Part shown: one piece after another, positions 1 through 13,294 of the stretch | How positions within the stretch are numbered: the stretch's first letter is position 1 | How the letters are laid out: every line of letters starts with the position of its first letter | Origin: the human T2T-CHM13v2.0 reference genome, Homo sapiens | Assembly (NCBI RefSeq): GCF_009914755.1 | Contig: NC_060942.1 | DNA length: 64,000 bases | Reading direction: 5' to 3' (one strand) | Program-made: the position numbers and the translations under genes | The notes under the pieces: model-generated | Database searches by the model: none | Told to the model about the DNA's origin: nothing | Seen by the model: only the letters and a program-made list of their open reading frames with translations

Positions 1-870
1 TTTACAAGAAAAAAACAACCCCATCAAAAAGTGAGCAAAGGATATGAACAGACACGTCTCAAAAGAAGACATTTATGCAGCCTAAAGACACATGAAAAAA
101 TGCTCATCATGACTGGCCATCAAAGAAATGCAAATCAAAACCACAATGAGATACCATCTCACACCAGTTAGAATGGCAATCATTAAAAAGTCAGGAAACA
201 ACAGGTGCTGGAGAGGATGTGGAGAAATAGGAACACTTTTACACTGTTGGTGGGACTGTAAACTAGTTCAACCCTTGTGGAAGTCAGTGTGGCGATTTCT
301 CAAGGATCTAGAGCTAGAAACACCATTTGACCCAGCCATCCCATTACTGGGTATATACCCAAATGATTATAAATCATGCTGCTATAAAGACACATGCACA
401 CGTATGTTTATTGCAGCACTATTCACAATAGCAAAGACTTGGAACCAACCCAAATGTCCAGCAATGACAGACTGGATTAAGAAAATGTGGCACATATACA
501 CCATGGAATACTATGCAGCCATAAAAAGGATGAGTTCAGGTCCTTTGTAGGGACGTGGATAAAGGTGGAAACCATCATTCTCAGCAAACTATCGCAAGGA
601 CAAAAAACCAAACACTGCATGTTCTCACTGATAGGTGGGAATTGAACAATGAGAACACCTGGACACAGGAAGGGGAACATCACACACTGGGGCCTGTCAT
701 GGGGTGGGTGGAGGGGGAGGGATAGCATTAGGAGATATACCTAATATAAATGACGAGTTAATGGGTGCAGCACACCAACATGGCGCACGTATACATATGT
801 AACAAACCTGCACATTGTGCTGATGTACCCTAGAACTTAAAGTATAATAATTTAAAAAATTAAAAAAATA
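1..870 (+). mobile_element. L1PA 3' end (ORF2 C-terminal remnant, 3'UTR, A-tail)
   Basis: ORF 128-550 is the ORF2p C-terminus ([18 protein letters not shown]); L1PA G-rich 3'UTR and ctagaacttaaagtataat end. Confidence 0.95.
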
Positions 871-939
871 AAATTATCCAATAAAATTTAGAAATTTGAA
901 AAAAAATCATCAATATATGTTAAAACTAGGGAGTAAAAA

Positions 940-1560
940 TTTGAAATGGGAGAGGTTATCTACATATTCTCTGAGTATCTCCCCACAGATTACTTAATAA
1001 CTGTAAAGGGAGAAATTATAATTATAAACCAAAGGAACCTGGAAGACATCACCTTAACCAAATAATCAAAATCAACATCACCAATAACAAGCCAGACAGA
1101 TACCATGTGTTTCCTGATGCGAGGCACTGAAAAGGACACAACATCACTTTTATGGTATTCCAGAGGGGACAGGTAACATACACTAATCATGAGGAAGGAC
1201 GAGACAAACCCAGTTGAAGGGCATTCTGCAAGACAACTAGCTTGTACTCTTCCAAAATGTTAATTCATGAGAGATAAAGGCTCGAGAAATGTTCTAGATT
1301 AAAGAAGACTAAAGAGACTACATAACTAAATGCAACATGGGATCGATTTGATCCTGGATTGGATCTTGAGATAAGAAGTAAAAATTCCTCTAAAGAACAC
1401 CATGGGACAGTTGGCAGATTTTGTATATGGAATGCAAATTATGTAATAATGCATACATGTTAAATTCTGTAAATTTGATAACTATACAGTTACTATGTAA
1501 GAGAAAGTTAGAACCTGAAATATTTAGGGATAAAGAGAAAAGTGCATGATATCTGTGACT
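940..1560 (+). mobile_element. Old L1M (L1MC/ME-type) 3' fragment
   Basis: caccttaaccaaataatcaaa...atcaccaataa and gatcctggattggatcttga motifs. Confidence 0.6.
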
Positions 1561-1974
1561 CATCAAAGAATCATAAAGTGTTAGAGGTTGAAGGGTCCCT
1601 AGAGAGTCAGTAGGCCAAACCCTACTTTCTTGAAATGATGTGACCAAAATCCTGAGAAATTGAATTATCTGCCTAAGACCACACATCCAGCCAGGAGTTG
1701 AGCCCAAGACTCTCTGGCCAGGTGTTTACAGTGAGTGCATGATATTGGTTGTTCTTGTTCATCATGGGTCAATGCTCAAATACATTGTTATCCATTAACT
1801 ACAAGCCAATATACACCCCCACAGCTTTGACCCAGCTTCTGCTAATGCAAAGGTCCCTGACTTCTGGTGGGCTTACATCAGAGGACAATGACCCTGGGAA
1901 CTGATTTATTTTCACCCTTCTCAGTGCTGACCATGGCCTCAGAGGTGAGTGCTCTCAGGAGAGCCCTCTGCTGT

Positions 1975-2195
1975 GTGCTGTAGTGGAAAGGGCTGGAGCT
2001 TACAGTTGGGTAGACCTGCTAGATGAGATCTGTTACTAGCTGTGTGACTTCAGGCACAGCTACCATTTATTTCATCTGACACTCAGTTTTCTCATCAGTA
2101 AAAATGGAGACAACATGCATATTTACGGGACTAAATGAGATCATGTATGTGATATATGCCCACCCAACAGTAAGTCTTAGTAATTGCTCATTGTT
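1975..2195 (+). mobile_element. MIR
   Basis: ttactagctgtgtgact...ctcagttttctcatcagtaaaaatggag MIR core. Confidence 0.8.
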
Positions 2196-2362
2196 TTCTT
2201 CTTTCTTTTGGTCCAAAAGTATTTATGACTATGAATGGAGCTGGGTGGAGGGCTTGGAGAACTCACTACAAGTTATTTAAACTTTTTTCTCATTAGAAGA
2301 ATATTACCAAAGTGATATGCACCTTATAGAAAAATAAAAAGACAAAAATATTTGAAAAAAAA

Positions 2363-4220
2363 AAGAATTCAGCAGTTTCCAGATACAAAATTAATGTACA
2401 CAAATTAGTAGCTCTTCTATACATCAACAGCAACCAAGCAGAGAATCAAATCAAGAACTCAACCCTTTCACAATGGTTGCAAAAAATAAAATAAAATACT
2501 TACGAATCTACCTAACCAAGGAGGTGAAAGACCTCTACAAGGAAAACTACAAAACATTGCTGAAAGAAACCATAGATGACACAAACAAATGGAAACACAT
2601 CCCATGCTCATGCATGGATACAATCAATATTGTGAAAATGACCATACTGCCAAAAGCAATCTACAAATTCAACACAATTCACTACGATACTACCATCATT
2701 CTTCACAGAATTAGAAAAAGCAATTCTGAAATTCATATAGAACCAAAAAAGAGCCCGCATAGCCAAAGCAAGACTAAGCAAAAAGAACAAATCTAGAAGC
2801 ATCACATTACCTGATTTCAAACTATACTATAAGGCCATAGTCACAAAAACAGCATAGTGCTAGCACAAAAATAGGCACATAGACTAATGGAACAGAATAG
2901 ACAACCCAGAAATAAAGCCAAATACTTACAGCCACCTGATCCCTGACAAAGCAAACAAAAACATAAAGTGGAGAAAGCACACCCTTTTCAACAAATGGTG
3001 CTGGGATAACTGGCTAGCCATGTGCAGGAGAACGAAACTGGATCCTCATCTCTCACCTTACACAAAAATCAACTCAAGATGGATTAAGGACTTAAACCTA
3101 AGACTTGAAACTATACAAATTCTAGAAGATACCATTGGAAAAACTCGTCTAGACATTGGCTTAGGCAAGAATTTCATGACCAAGAACCCAAAAGTAAATG
3201 CAATAAAAAGATAAATAGCTTGGACTTAATTAAACTAAAGAGTTTCAGCAAAAGGTATCGTCAGCAGAGTAAACAGTCAACCCACAGAGAGAGAAAATCT
3301 TCACAATCTATACATCTGACAAAGGACTAATATCCCGAATCTACAATAAACTCAAACAAATCAGCAAGAAAAAAACAAACAATCCCATCAAAAAGTGGGC
3401 TAGGGACATAAATAGACAATTCTCAAAAGAAGATATACAAATGGCCAAAAAACATGAAAAAATGCTCAACATCACTAATGATCAGGGAAATGCAAATCAA
3501 AACCATAATGCGATACCACTTACATAATGCAGGAATGGCCATAATAAAAAAATAGTAGATGTTAGCGTGGATGCGGCGAAGAGGGAACACTTCCACGCTG
3601 CAGTTGGGAATGTAAGTACAGCCACTACGGAAAACAGTGTGGTGATTCCTTAAAGAACTAAAAGTAGAACAACCAATTGAGCTAGCAATCCCACTACTGG
3701 GTGTCTACTCAGAGGAAAAGAAGTCATTATACAAAAAAGATACTTGCACACGCATGTTTATAGCAGCACAATTCTTAATTACAAAAACGTGGAACCAATC
3801 CAAATGCCCATCAATCAATGAGTGGATAAAGAAACTGTGGTATATATGTGGTGGAATACTACTCAGCCATAAAAAAGGAATGAATTAATGGCATTCACAG
3901 CAACCTGGATGAGACTGGAGACTATTATTCTAAGTGAAGTAACTCGGGAATGGAAAACCAAACACCTTATGTTCTCACTCATAAGTGGGAGCTAAGCTAA
4001 GAGGATGCAAAGGCTTAATAACTACACAATGAATTTTGGAGACTCAGGGGGAATGCGTGGGAAGTGGGTGAGGGATAAAAGGCTACAAATAGGATGCATT
4101 GTATACTTCTCAGGTGATGGGTGCACCAAAATCTCACAAATCACCACTAAAGAACCTACTCATGTAACCAAACACCACCTGTTCCCCAATAACCTATGGG
4201 AATAAAAAATTGTTTTAAAA
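2363..4220 (+). mobile_element. 5'-truncated L1 (L1PB1-like)
   Basis: Decayed ORF2 fragments (ORFs 2473-2796, 3020-3214); L1PB-type 3' end gggtgcaccaaaatctcacaaatcaccactaaagaac; A-tail. Confidence 0.9.
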
Positions 4221-4319
4221 GAATGAAAGAATATAAAAATAAAAATGTCTCTCTTTCCTTTTTTAGAAAAATTTCAAAAAAGTTTCTTTCCTTTCTTTTC
4301 TCTACCACCACTTCTACTT

Positions 4320-4830
4320 CTATATTAGTTATTTACTGCTAATTACAAGGACACCAAAACTTAATGGCTTAAATCAACAAACATTTATTTTATAATTCTG
4401 TGAGTGAGGAATTCATGAGCAACTTAGCTGAGTGGCTGGGCCCAGGGTATCTCATGAGGTTGCAGCTAAGATGTCAGCATCTTCAGGGCTGCAATCATCT
4501 GAAGGCATGACTGAAGCTGGAGGATCTGCTTCCAAGTTGTTTTATTCATCTGACTATTGGCAGGTGGTCTCAGGCCCTCACTGCTATTGGTGAGAAGGCT
4601 CAGTTCTTTAGCACATGGGCCTCTCCACAGTGCTGCTTGAGAGTCCTCATGACATGTCAGCTGGCTTCCTCCAGAGTAACAAAAGAGAGAGCAACAAGGA
4701 AGCCACATTGACGTTTATGATATATTTCAGAAGTTACACACTGTCATTTCTGCCATATTCTATTCATTAGAGGTGAGTCAATAAGGCCAGTCCACAGGAG
4801 AATAAAGTTCCATCTTTTGAAGGAAAGAAG
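4320..4830 (-). mobile_element. MaLR LTR (MLT1F-like)
   Basis: attagttatt...caaaacttaatggcttaaa...ctcatgaggttgcagctaagatgtcagc. Confidence 0.7.
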
Positions 4831-4859
4831 GAAGGAGTATACTTGTGTACAAAAACTTA

Positions 4860-6330
4860 AACTATCACACCTCCCCAGAGACAATAACCTTTCATTGTTT
4901 CTTCTGAGTCTTTCTAGAAAGTATGTATGCATACACAAGCTTATAGCCCCTTTTTCTGTTAACATAAGTAAAATCACACTATATAGACTATTCTATACCT
5001 TATTTTTTCCATTCAATATTATCTTGAGAATCTTCCTAAATCAGCACATACATATATGTTCTAATCTTTTTAATAGATTCAAATTATCTAACTATATGGG
5101 TATTTAAATACTTGACCAGTCCCTGCTAATGATAATACATGTTGTTTACAGTTGTCTATTATAGCAAAACAATACTGTAAGGAAGATTTTATTTTTTTTT
5201 TTGTTTTCCTTTATTTTGGAAGATTTTAATATGCATATTTTTGCCAACTTCTGTGAGAACATCTACAGAATCAAGTCCTTGGAGTAGAATTGCTGGATAA
5301 GGGGATACACACATTTGCAACCTTGATTGATTATGCCTAATTGTTTCTAAAGAGATGACTGGTTGATACATTCACCTGTATTGCTAAGAGTCCCTTTCCC
5401 TACTCTTGTCAGGTTTTCATCTATCTTTAAAATGTTTGCCAGTCTGATAGGTGAAACAGGTATTTCATCATCCATTGAATTTGCAATTCTTTAGTTACCA
5501 TTAAGTACATTTATCAGCCATTTTTATTACTTTTCTGTGAACTATCCTGTATTGTGTGAGTGTGTAAAACAAAAGAAACTAGTCCTTATCTACCATACAT
5601 GCTGCAAATGTTTTCCCCCACTTCGTCATTTGCCTTTTGACTTTAATTGGGGTTTTTTTGCATAACTTTTTTTTTTTTTTTTTTTTTTGCGATGGAGTCT
5701 TGCTCTGTCACTCAGGCTGGAGTGCAGTGGCGTGATCTCGGCTCTCTGCAACCTCTGCCTCCTGGGTTCAAGCGATTCTTGTGCCTCTGCCTCCCGAATA
5801 ATTTGGGTTACAGGCACCCTGCACCACACCCAGCTAATTTTCATATTTTTAGTAGGGATGGGGTTTCACCATGTTGGCCAGGCTGGTTTCGAAATGCTGA
5901 CCACAAATGATCCACCCGCCTTGGCATCCCAAAGTGTTGAGATTACAGGCGTGAGCCACCGTGCCTGGCCTAAACTTTTAAATAGTCAAGTTTTAAAGCA
6001 AAATTTTTAAGAGGTCAAATTTATCAAAACCTTATGGTTTCTGGGATTTTTTCCCCAAACTTAGAAATATCTCCATTTCATGACTCATTTAAATATCACC
6101 TATGTTTTCTTCTTGCATGTTTATGGTTTCAATTTTTACCTTTAATTAATTGCTCATCTGGAATATGGATTAAGAATTGAGAAGAATATGTAGCTTTGTT
6201 TTTATTCAAATAGTTTTCCCAGTACCAATTATTAAATAATCCACTTCTTTCCAATAATTTGAAATATCTTATGCTATGTTTCCCTCTGCTTGGCAGGCTA
6301 TTTATAAACTCTCTTTGTTTCATTGATCTG
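4860..6330 (-). mobile_element. Old L1ME-type fragment interrupted by an Alu
   Basis: Antisense L1 ORF2-end motifs (agtagaattgctggata, tttgccagtctgataggtgaaa, ttgaatttgcaattct). Confidence 0.6.
5667..5970 (-). mobile_element. Alu (S family)
   Basis: Full dimer with poly-T; flanks taactttt/taaactttt. Confidence 0.95.
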
Positions 6331-8411
6331 AAGCGTCCCTTTAAGGGAAATTGTTGAAGTACTGAGAGGAGGAAAAAAGTTCAGCAGCTGAGAAGTTCAA
6401 GGCCAGCAAGGAAACACAGCTGGGGAGTGAGAAGAAGTTGGGGTGAGGATTTAGGGAGCACTGAGAATGCAGAAAATATATAGATATCTAAATTATATAA
6501 TTGTATTTTAAAAAGCAATTGTGTTGCTTCTCAAAACAACTAAACCAACAATGAAGACTTGCCCAGGTCCTCAGAGGATGCACATTAATTAATAGAAGAT
6601 AGGTGTGTTAATTAGTTCACCAATTGTTTCTAAAATGCTTGAATCAGCCTCTCACAGGTATCTATTTTCCACTATTATCTTCTGTCTAACTCTTGAACTC
6701 ACGTTGTTTTTTCTGAAATATGTTGTTTTCAGGATGAATCTGAATTGATGTGTATTCCATACAGGTGGGATCCAAAATAAAAAGATCATGCTGCATTTTC
6801 CTGATGATTAGTTGAAGACACTGTGAGCCAGGCACTAGGCATCACCCCTTTTTATATCACTCCGTCTTTCTTGTAGCAATACCATAAGGAGGCCATCATC
6901 ATCCTCATTTTGCACAGGAAATAAAATATGTATTTGCCCAAAGTCATCCTGTTGTTAGTGAGAAAGCTGGGACCCAGTTTCACCCCCATCTGGTGCAGAA
7001 ACTGTGCTCTTGCCAGGACACAATATGGCCTTTCCCATGTGATGGATAGGGTAGAGGGAAAAAACGGCATGGGAAGCTGAAAATAACCGGGTTTTCCAGA
7101 GAAGAGAAGGCATGGAGAAGAATGACTATCTCCATCCAGAATGAGCAAGAGGGCATGGCCTCATGGACTCTGATAGAGAATGACTTAGAAAACCCCAAGC
7201 ATTCTGTCCTTCTTCCCAATCTAAGTGTGATATAAGCTGGTGTTACACTGACCTCACTCAAGTTCCCCATGTCATGTATTAGGAAATGTTCTGCTCTCTG
7301 GCAGCCTCTAGGCAGAAACCTGATTTGACCTCCCTGGCTTCCTAACCACCCAAGCCTTGTAGCTGGCCCTGGTTCTGGGGCCCACTGAATTGGAGCATCA
7401 CCTTACCTGGCTGGGGGCAGGCATGGAGTTGGCAGGTGCTGAGGAATGAGAAATTCAGTTCAGCCTGGATCCCTGCACCCTCCTGGAGGGTTCCCGCAGG
7501 CTTCTTCTGCCATTCCTCCTTGCTGCTACATGACCACCTGCTGCTGCTGAGATTGACACCTCTCTGTTCCACGGACCTGAGCCAGCTGGGGGTTCATCTT
7601 CATCAAATCAAACCTGCTTACAAGTGGCAGGTGGCTGAGAGAGGCCCTTAAGCTCCCCAGAAACAATCCTGGTTTCATGTTCCAACCCTTCCTTACCTTT
7701 TCCCCAACACTCACACAAGATTGTCGCATACCCTTGTGCAGGTTATATACCACATGATGTCATGGGGAATATAAATCACAATGGCTTCTGATTCACATAT
7801 TCTTACCTGTTTGAGAATTTGTTTGGGAAAGACTCATTACCAAGTCCCTAAACAGTAGTCCCCCAGGACAACGTACATGAGGTATATGAGAGTCAAGAAA
7901 AGAACCAATGAAAACCAGGGATCATCTGATAAAGTTCAGAGACTGCTTCCACAGTATTTCACTGTATACATTTGTCAAGTGCAGATAAATAATTTCTACT
8001 CTGTTCACTTCCCAGAAATATTATAAGGGTAGGATAGACTCACGGATGTGAAAATACATTGCAAAGTAAAAAGCATCAAGGAATGAGAGCGGTTTTCTTG
8101 TTGATGACTATCAGCTAAGCAGTATCTATGGAGAATGGACTTTATGTTCTCTGAGAACCTGTAAACATGTGTTTCCTGTGCTCTCTGAAGCACTGTGAGA
8201 AATCCATGCATGCACTATAAAGCAGCAATGTGGGGCAGTGCCAAGGATATCTAAAACAAACTAACTTTATCTTACTTATGCAAAGTTGCTATATGTGGAA
8301 TTATTTTAAAATCAGTAAGATTAGGAATCAAATTAATGAATGAATATATACTAATTTATCACAAGGTGCCTAAGACAAAAAAGAGAAGGCATTTTATATG
8401 AGAATATCTAA

Positions 8412-9650
8412 CCTAAATATAAAACCCGAAGCTATAAAACACTAGAAGGAAACATAGGGGAAACATTTCAAGACATACATCTGGGGAAAGATTTGATGAG
8501 TAAGACCTCAAAAACACAGGCAACAAAAGCAAAAATAAGCAAGCGAAATTATATCAAGCTAAAACCTTCTGCATAGCAATGGAAGTAATCAGCAGAATGA
8601 AAGGACAACCTGCAGAATGGGAGTAAATATTTGCAAACTATTCATCCTCTGCAAGGGGTTAATATACAAAATATATAAGGAACTCAAGCATCTCAACAGC
8701 AACAAAACAAACAATGCAATTAACAATGGGCAAATGATCTGAACAGATATTTCTCAAAGGAAGACATACAAATGGCCAACAGGTATATGAACAAATGCTT
8801 GACGTCACTAATCATGAGGGAAATGCAAATCAAAACCACAATGAGATATCACCTCACCCTTGTTAGAATAGCTATTACCAAAGGGACAAAAAAATTACAT
8901 ATAGTGAAGCCACTATAGAGAACAATATGGAGGTTCCTCAAAAACTACAAATAGAACTACTATATGATTCAGCAATCCCAGTAGGGGGCATTTATCCAAA
9001 GAAAAGAAACTCAGTATATGAAAAAGACATCTTCATTCCCATGTTTCTGGCAGCACTATTCACAGACCCAAGATATAGAATCAACCTGGGTGTCCACCAT
9101 CAGATGAATGGAGAAAGAATATGTGGTATACACAATGGAATATTATTCAGCCATAAAAAAGAATGAAATCCTGTCATTCGTGGCAACATAGATAGACCTG
9201 GAGGACATTAAGTGAAATAAGTCAGAAACAAAAAGTTAAATACTGCATATTCTCACTCGTATGCAGAAGATTAAAAAAAGTTGATCTCATAGAAGTAAAA
9301 AGTAGAACAGAGGATACCAGAATTTGGGAAGGGTAGGGAAAGGAGAGGATAGGGAGAGATTTGTTAAAAGATACAAAATTATAACTAGATAGAAGGAATA
9401 AATTCTAGTGTTCTATAGCACTGTAGGATGACTATAGTTAACAAAAATATGATCATATAGTTTCAAATAGCTAGAAGAAGGATATTGAATTTTCCCAAAA
9501 CAAAGAAATTATAAATGTTTAAGATGATGGATATGCTAATAGCCTTGATGTGGTCACTAGACATTGTATATATCAAAAAATCACTATGTACCCCATAAAT
9601 ATGAACAAATATGTGTTGATTAAAATGCTTTTAATCAAAAACAATTAAAA
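8412..9650 (+). mobile_element. L1MA 3' fragment, internal deletion near 8900
   Basis: ORF2 end (aaatgcaaatcaaaaccacaatgagata) and L1MA 3'UTR (ttctatagcactgtaggatgactatagttaac). Confidence 0.85.
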
Positions 9651-11150
9651 ATTGAAGATTTTTAAAAGAATATCTATTAAATATATCTCTCCTTGAAGAA
9701 CTTATAATCCAATCAGAGAAAACAGGTTAGCCCAAGAAACAACTGGAAAATAAATCAAGACAGAATATAATCAGGCTGCAAGTGGGGTATACTTTCACTG
9801 ATGCATTCATGCCTTCCGGGACTATTTATTAGGTACCCTGTATGGTTTGGCCCTGTGCTTGGTGAGGAAGACGTAAAGTCACAGCCACATCCCCAAGTTC
9901 CCTAAAGTCTAGAGGAAAGATAGACAAAAATATCAAAGATCCTAGGTCAAGGGATATACCTAGGGGTAGAGGTTGCACAGAGAACTGTGGAAAAACACAC
10001 AGGTAGGCAGCCAAATGAGACTGGGCTGCCAAGGAAGACTTCCTAGGAGAGGTGACCATGGGAATGAGTTTTGAACAACAAGCTAGGAGTTACTGAGATT
10101 CAATGGGGTGGGAGTGGTGGTACTCCAGGCAGAAGGAACAGTATGGAAGGTGGATGGGAGGTGCTTTAACAACAAATTTAGGAATTTGAGCTTGGTCCTG
10201 AGGTTTTAAGGAAACTCTGGAGACACCTGAGATGAGGGTGAGGGGTGCATGATCATATTTTCACTTTAGAAGGTTCACTCTGACAGCCACAGTGTGGAGG
10301 TAGTATTGGAAGATCTAAGAGGCAACTTGAGCTTTCCTAGAAGAATTGAGACCCCTTGTCCCTAAATTACCTCTCTCACCAGTTCAATGACACTTGGCAT
10401 TCCATCGGTAAAGCTGTATTTCCTTAACCCTAATATGCAACTGTGAACCCTTGACCACTGCATCACCCTGCAAGAATGGAGTCATACTCCCGGCAACCCT
10501 CGGCCATTTACACTGAGTGTTAGCAAGTTTCAAGTATCTTCCTGAGGATATTATTTTATTTTGTTCTTTTATTATTTTTTTATTCATCTAATTGATTTAT
10601 CTAACTGCTAGTCTGCACAAAGTCCTGTGATACAGACCAGAAACATGGTTCTCTCCTCCATAATTATAGCCCAGGAAAAGGAGGGTAGGAAGGAAAGGCG
10701 ATGGAACAGACCAGCAAACAAACGATGACAACACAGCACAGCACGTGCGAGGAAGGAGGTCTGCACACAGGGAGCAAATGCCCCTGCATTCTTTCAAATA
10801 CCTCTCCAGCACCTATGGGATGCCAAGTGGCGCTCTAGGTGGTAAGAATCACATGGCAACTAGTGCTGAGCACCTGAACCTTATATCTGGGGGAGGAGAG
10901 GAATGATAAACAAGAAAATAAATAAGTACATAATGTAATTGCAGGCAGAGATGATACTGAGGACTGAGGGTTAAGAAGGAGCTGACCCAGAGGATGAAAA
11001 TGGGTTGGGAAGACCACAGGTGCAAAGATGGCTTGGGAACTGTGGTTGGGTGGGGGCAGGTGAAGGAGGGGAGGCACAGACAGTAGACCAGCCTCTGGGC
11101 TGGGTCCTGAACCTGAAGGGCCTCCTGTGTCGATCTCCAGTTGGAACTTT

Positions 11151-11428
11151 TTTATTTTTTTTTGAGACGGAGTCTCGCTCTGTCGCCCAGGCTGGAGGGC
11201 AGTGGCACAATCTTGGCTCACTGCAAGCTCCGCCTCCTGGCTTCACACCATTCTCCTGCCTCAGCCTCCCAAGTAGCTGAGACTACAGGCACCCACCACC
11301 ACACCCAGCTAATATTTTGTATTTTTAGTAGAGACGGTGTTTCACCGTGTTAGCCAAGATGGTCTCGATCTCCTGACCTTGTGATCTGCCCGCCTCAGCC
11401 TCCCAACATGCTGGGATTACAGGTGTGA
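11151..11428 (-). mobile_element. AluY-like, slightly 5'-truncated
   Basis: gcaagctccgcc/ccattctcc diagnostics; exact 13-bp TSD CAGTTGGAACTTT at 11138-11150 and 11429-11441. Confidence 0.95.
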
Positions 11429-12054
11429 CAGTTGGAACTTTAAGAAGAGAACAATGAAATGTCATGAAAGGGTTTTAAGCAGGGAAGAGAAATTATCAAT
11501 TTCATTGTTTTCAAAAGTCGCTGTGCTTGCAGAGAGTGACCAAGAAGTTGAAGGAGTCCCATGAGAAGGGATACAGCCTGAGCCAAGGCACGGCCAAAGG
11601 GAGGAGGAGGAACAGAACACAGGACTGGCTGTGTGTGGTGAAGAGGAGGTGGTGTCAAGGGGGACTTGCACATTTCTAGCTCAGCTTTCCTAGAAGGATA
11701 ATGCTGCCATCCACCGAATCATAGAACCTAGAAGCTGGGGGACAAGAGGAGGCAGAGAGAGTATGGTAACAGGCTCTGTGGGCCTGTTGAGGTGGAGAAG
11801 TCTGCAAGCTGCTGAAGAAACGGGTCTGGCTCTGGGGACTCGCAGCTGATTGGACATGAGGGTTAGAGAGACTAGGAAGACCCCCAAGTGCCAAGGGAAG
11901 GGGGCAGAAGGACAGGGAGGTGGCTAGCAGCAGGTGTCAGGTCACTGTCTAAGGGAGAAACTGCTCCACAGTTGGGTCAACTGCTCAAAGAGCAAACATC
12001 TGTGTATCTGCCCTCTGCATTCTTGACCAGGCCCAGAGACCCAACCTAAGCTTT

Positions 12055-12310
12055 GAGAAGGGAGGTAGGAAAGGAGGGAGGGAGGGAGGGAAGGAAGGGA
12101 GGGAGGGAGGGAGGAAGAGAGGGAGGGAGAGAGGGAGGAAGAGAGGGATAGAAGGAGGGAGAGAGGGAGGGAGGAATAAGGGAAGGAAAAAAGGGAGAGG
12201 AGAAGGGAGGATGGGATGGAAGAAGGGAGGGAGAAAGGGAGGAAGAGAGGAAGGAAGGAAAGGAAGGAGGGAGGGAGAGGAAGGAAGTGAGGGAGGGAGG
12301 AAGGAAGGGT
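12055..12310 (+). repeat. Polypurine (GGGA/GGAA/GAGG) low-complexity tract
   Basis: ~250 nt almost entirely G/A; source of spurious P/S/L-rich ORFs. Confidence 0.95.
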
Positions 12311-12667
12311 GAGCCACATATAAACAGCATAAAGACAACAGTTTTCTGTGAGGGGATGGCAGCCACAGGAAATGGCCCTGTTTCTTTCTCACCCTCTTTC
12401 CTGTTTCCTGTCCTGGAAAATCATCCCAGTGATTCCCCTCTTGGTTTTCCACATGACTAAACTCCACGGGGCTTGAATGATCAGACCTCAGGCTGCCAGG
12501 CTTCCTGTCCCCAGTTCCTCCGGCTCCCGCAGAGCCCACAGGGACCTGCAGATCTGAGTGCCCTGCCCACCCCCGCCCGCCTTCCTTCCCCCACCACGCC
12601 TGGGAGGGCCCTCACTGGGGAGGTGGCCGAGAGCGGGTCTGGCCTGGGGTGTTCAGATGCTCACAGC
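12300..12667 (+). promoter_or_regulatory. SIGLEC15: SIGLEC15 proximal promoter / 5'UTR
   Basis: GC box CCCCGCCC 12571-12578; TGGAAAA 12414-12420; TTTTCCACATGACTAA 12445-12460; TATAAA 12319-12324; TSS cannot be fixed from sequence. Confidence 0.6.
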
Positions 12668-12719
12668 ATGGAAAAGTCCATCTGGCTGCTGGCCTGCTTG
12701 GCGTGGGTTCTCCCGACAG
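12668..12719 (+). CDS. SIGLEC15: SIGLEC15 coding exon 1 (signal peptide MEKSIWLLACLAWVLPT-G)
   Basis: ATG at 12668 (AGCATGG); hydrophobic leader matches the Siglec-15 N-terminus; donor CAG|GTGAGT at 12719/12720; 52 nt, phase 1. Confidence 0.96.
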
Positions 12720-13294
12720 GTGAGTGTCTGCTACTCTCTCTGGCCCATGCTCGGGACAGAATAGACGCTGAAAGCATCTTAGGTACAGTCTCCCCTGGAA
12801 GGCAGGAAGCAGGTGTGCAGAGCCTCCAGGCCTGTGGAGGAGGAAGAGCTGCGCTTGGGGCCTGTGGTGCCAGAAGCCAGAAGTTCAAATCAGTGCTGTG
12901 TCTTGGATTTCAGGTGACTTGAGACAGGCACTCCATGTCTCTGGCTTCAGGGTGGCTGCCTATATAAAGGCTACTTGCCCCACCCATTGCTGCGAGCATC
13001 CAGAGGACAATAGGCCAGGTACAGAGAGGACATCACAGGCTCTGAACAAGCTTCTTGTGCTGCTGTCACCCAAGTGCCGTGTGTTTTGATGGGCACAGCC
13101 TGAGGAAGAAGGGCGGGGAGTGCATGGGCGTTTGGGGACAGTGCTGATGCATGGGAGGGGGTGATTTCATGTGGGGGATATAGTGAGGGATAGAGGCCCT
13201 CCCAGCAGGAATCCCAGTGGGTGAGTGGGAACACTGTGGCAGGTTTAAGCAACAATGTCATCAGTCACTTAGCTCGGTGACTTGGTATCCTGGG

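Noticed and set aside
128-550. 140-aa ORF as a gene (likewise 2473-2796, 8927-9166, 58303-58671)
   Set aside because: Decayed L1 ORF2 fragments
5626-6010. Recurring ORFs such as [12 protein letters not shown] across the window
   Set aside because: Alu translations
6733-6764. Plus-strand 32-nt exon-like segment (ttgttttcag|...cag|gtggga)
   Set aside because: Isolated; such motifs arise often by chance
10820-10845. Possible CTCF site around gccaagtggcgctctaggtggt
   Set aside because: Only a partial match to the core motif
11942-12539. P/S/L-rich ORFs up to 184 aa on the minus strand
   Set aside because: Translation of the polypurine low-complexity tract
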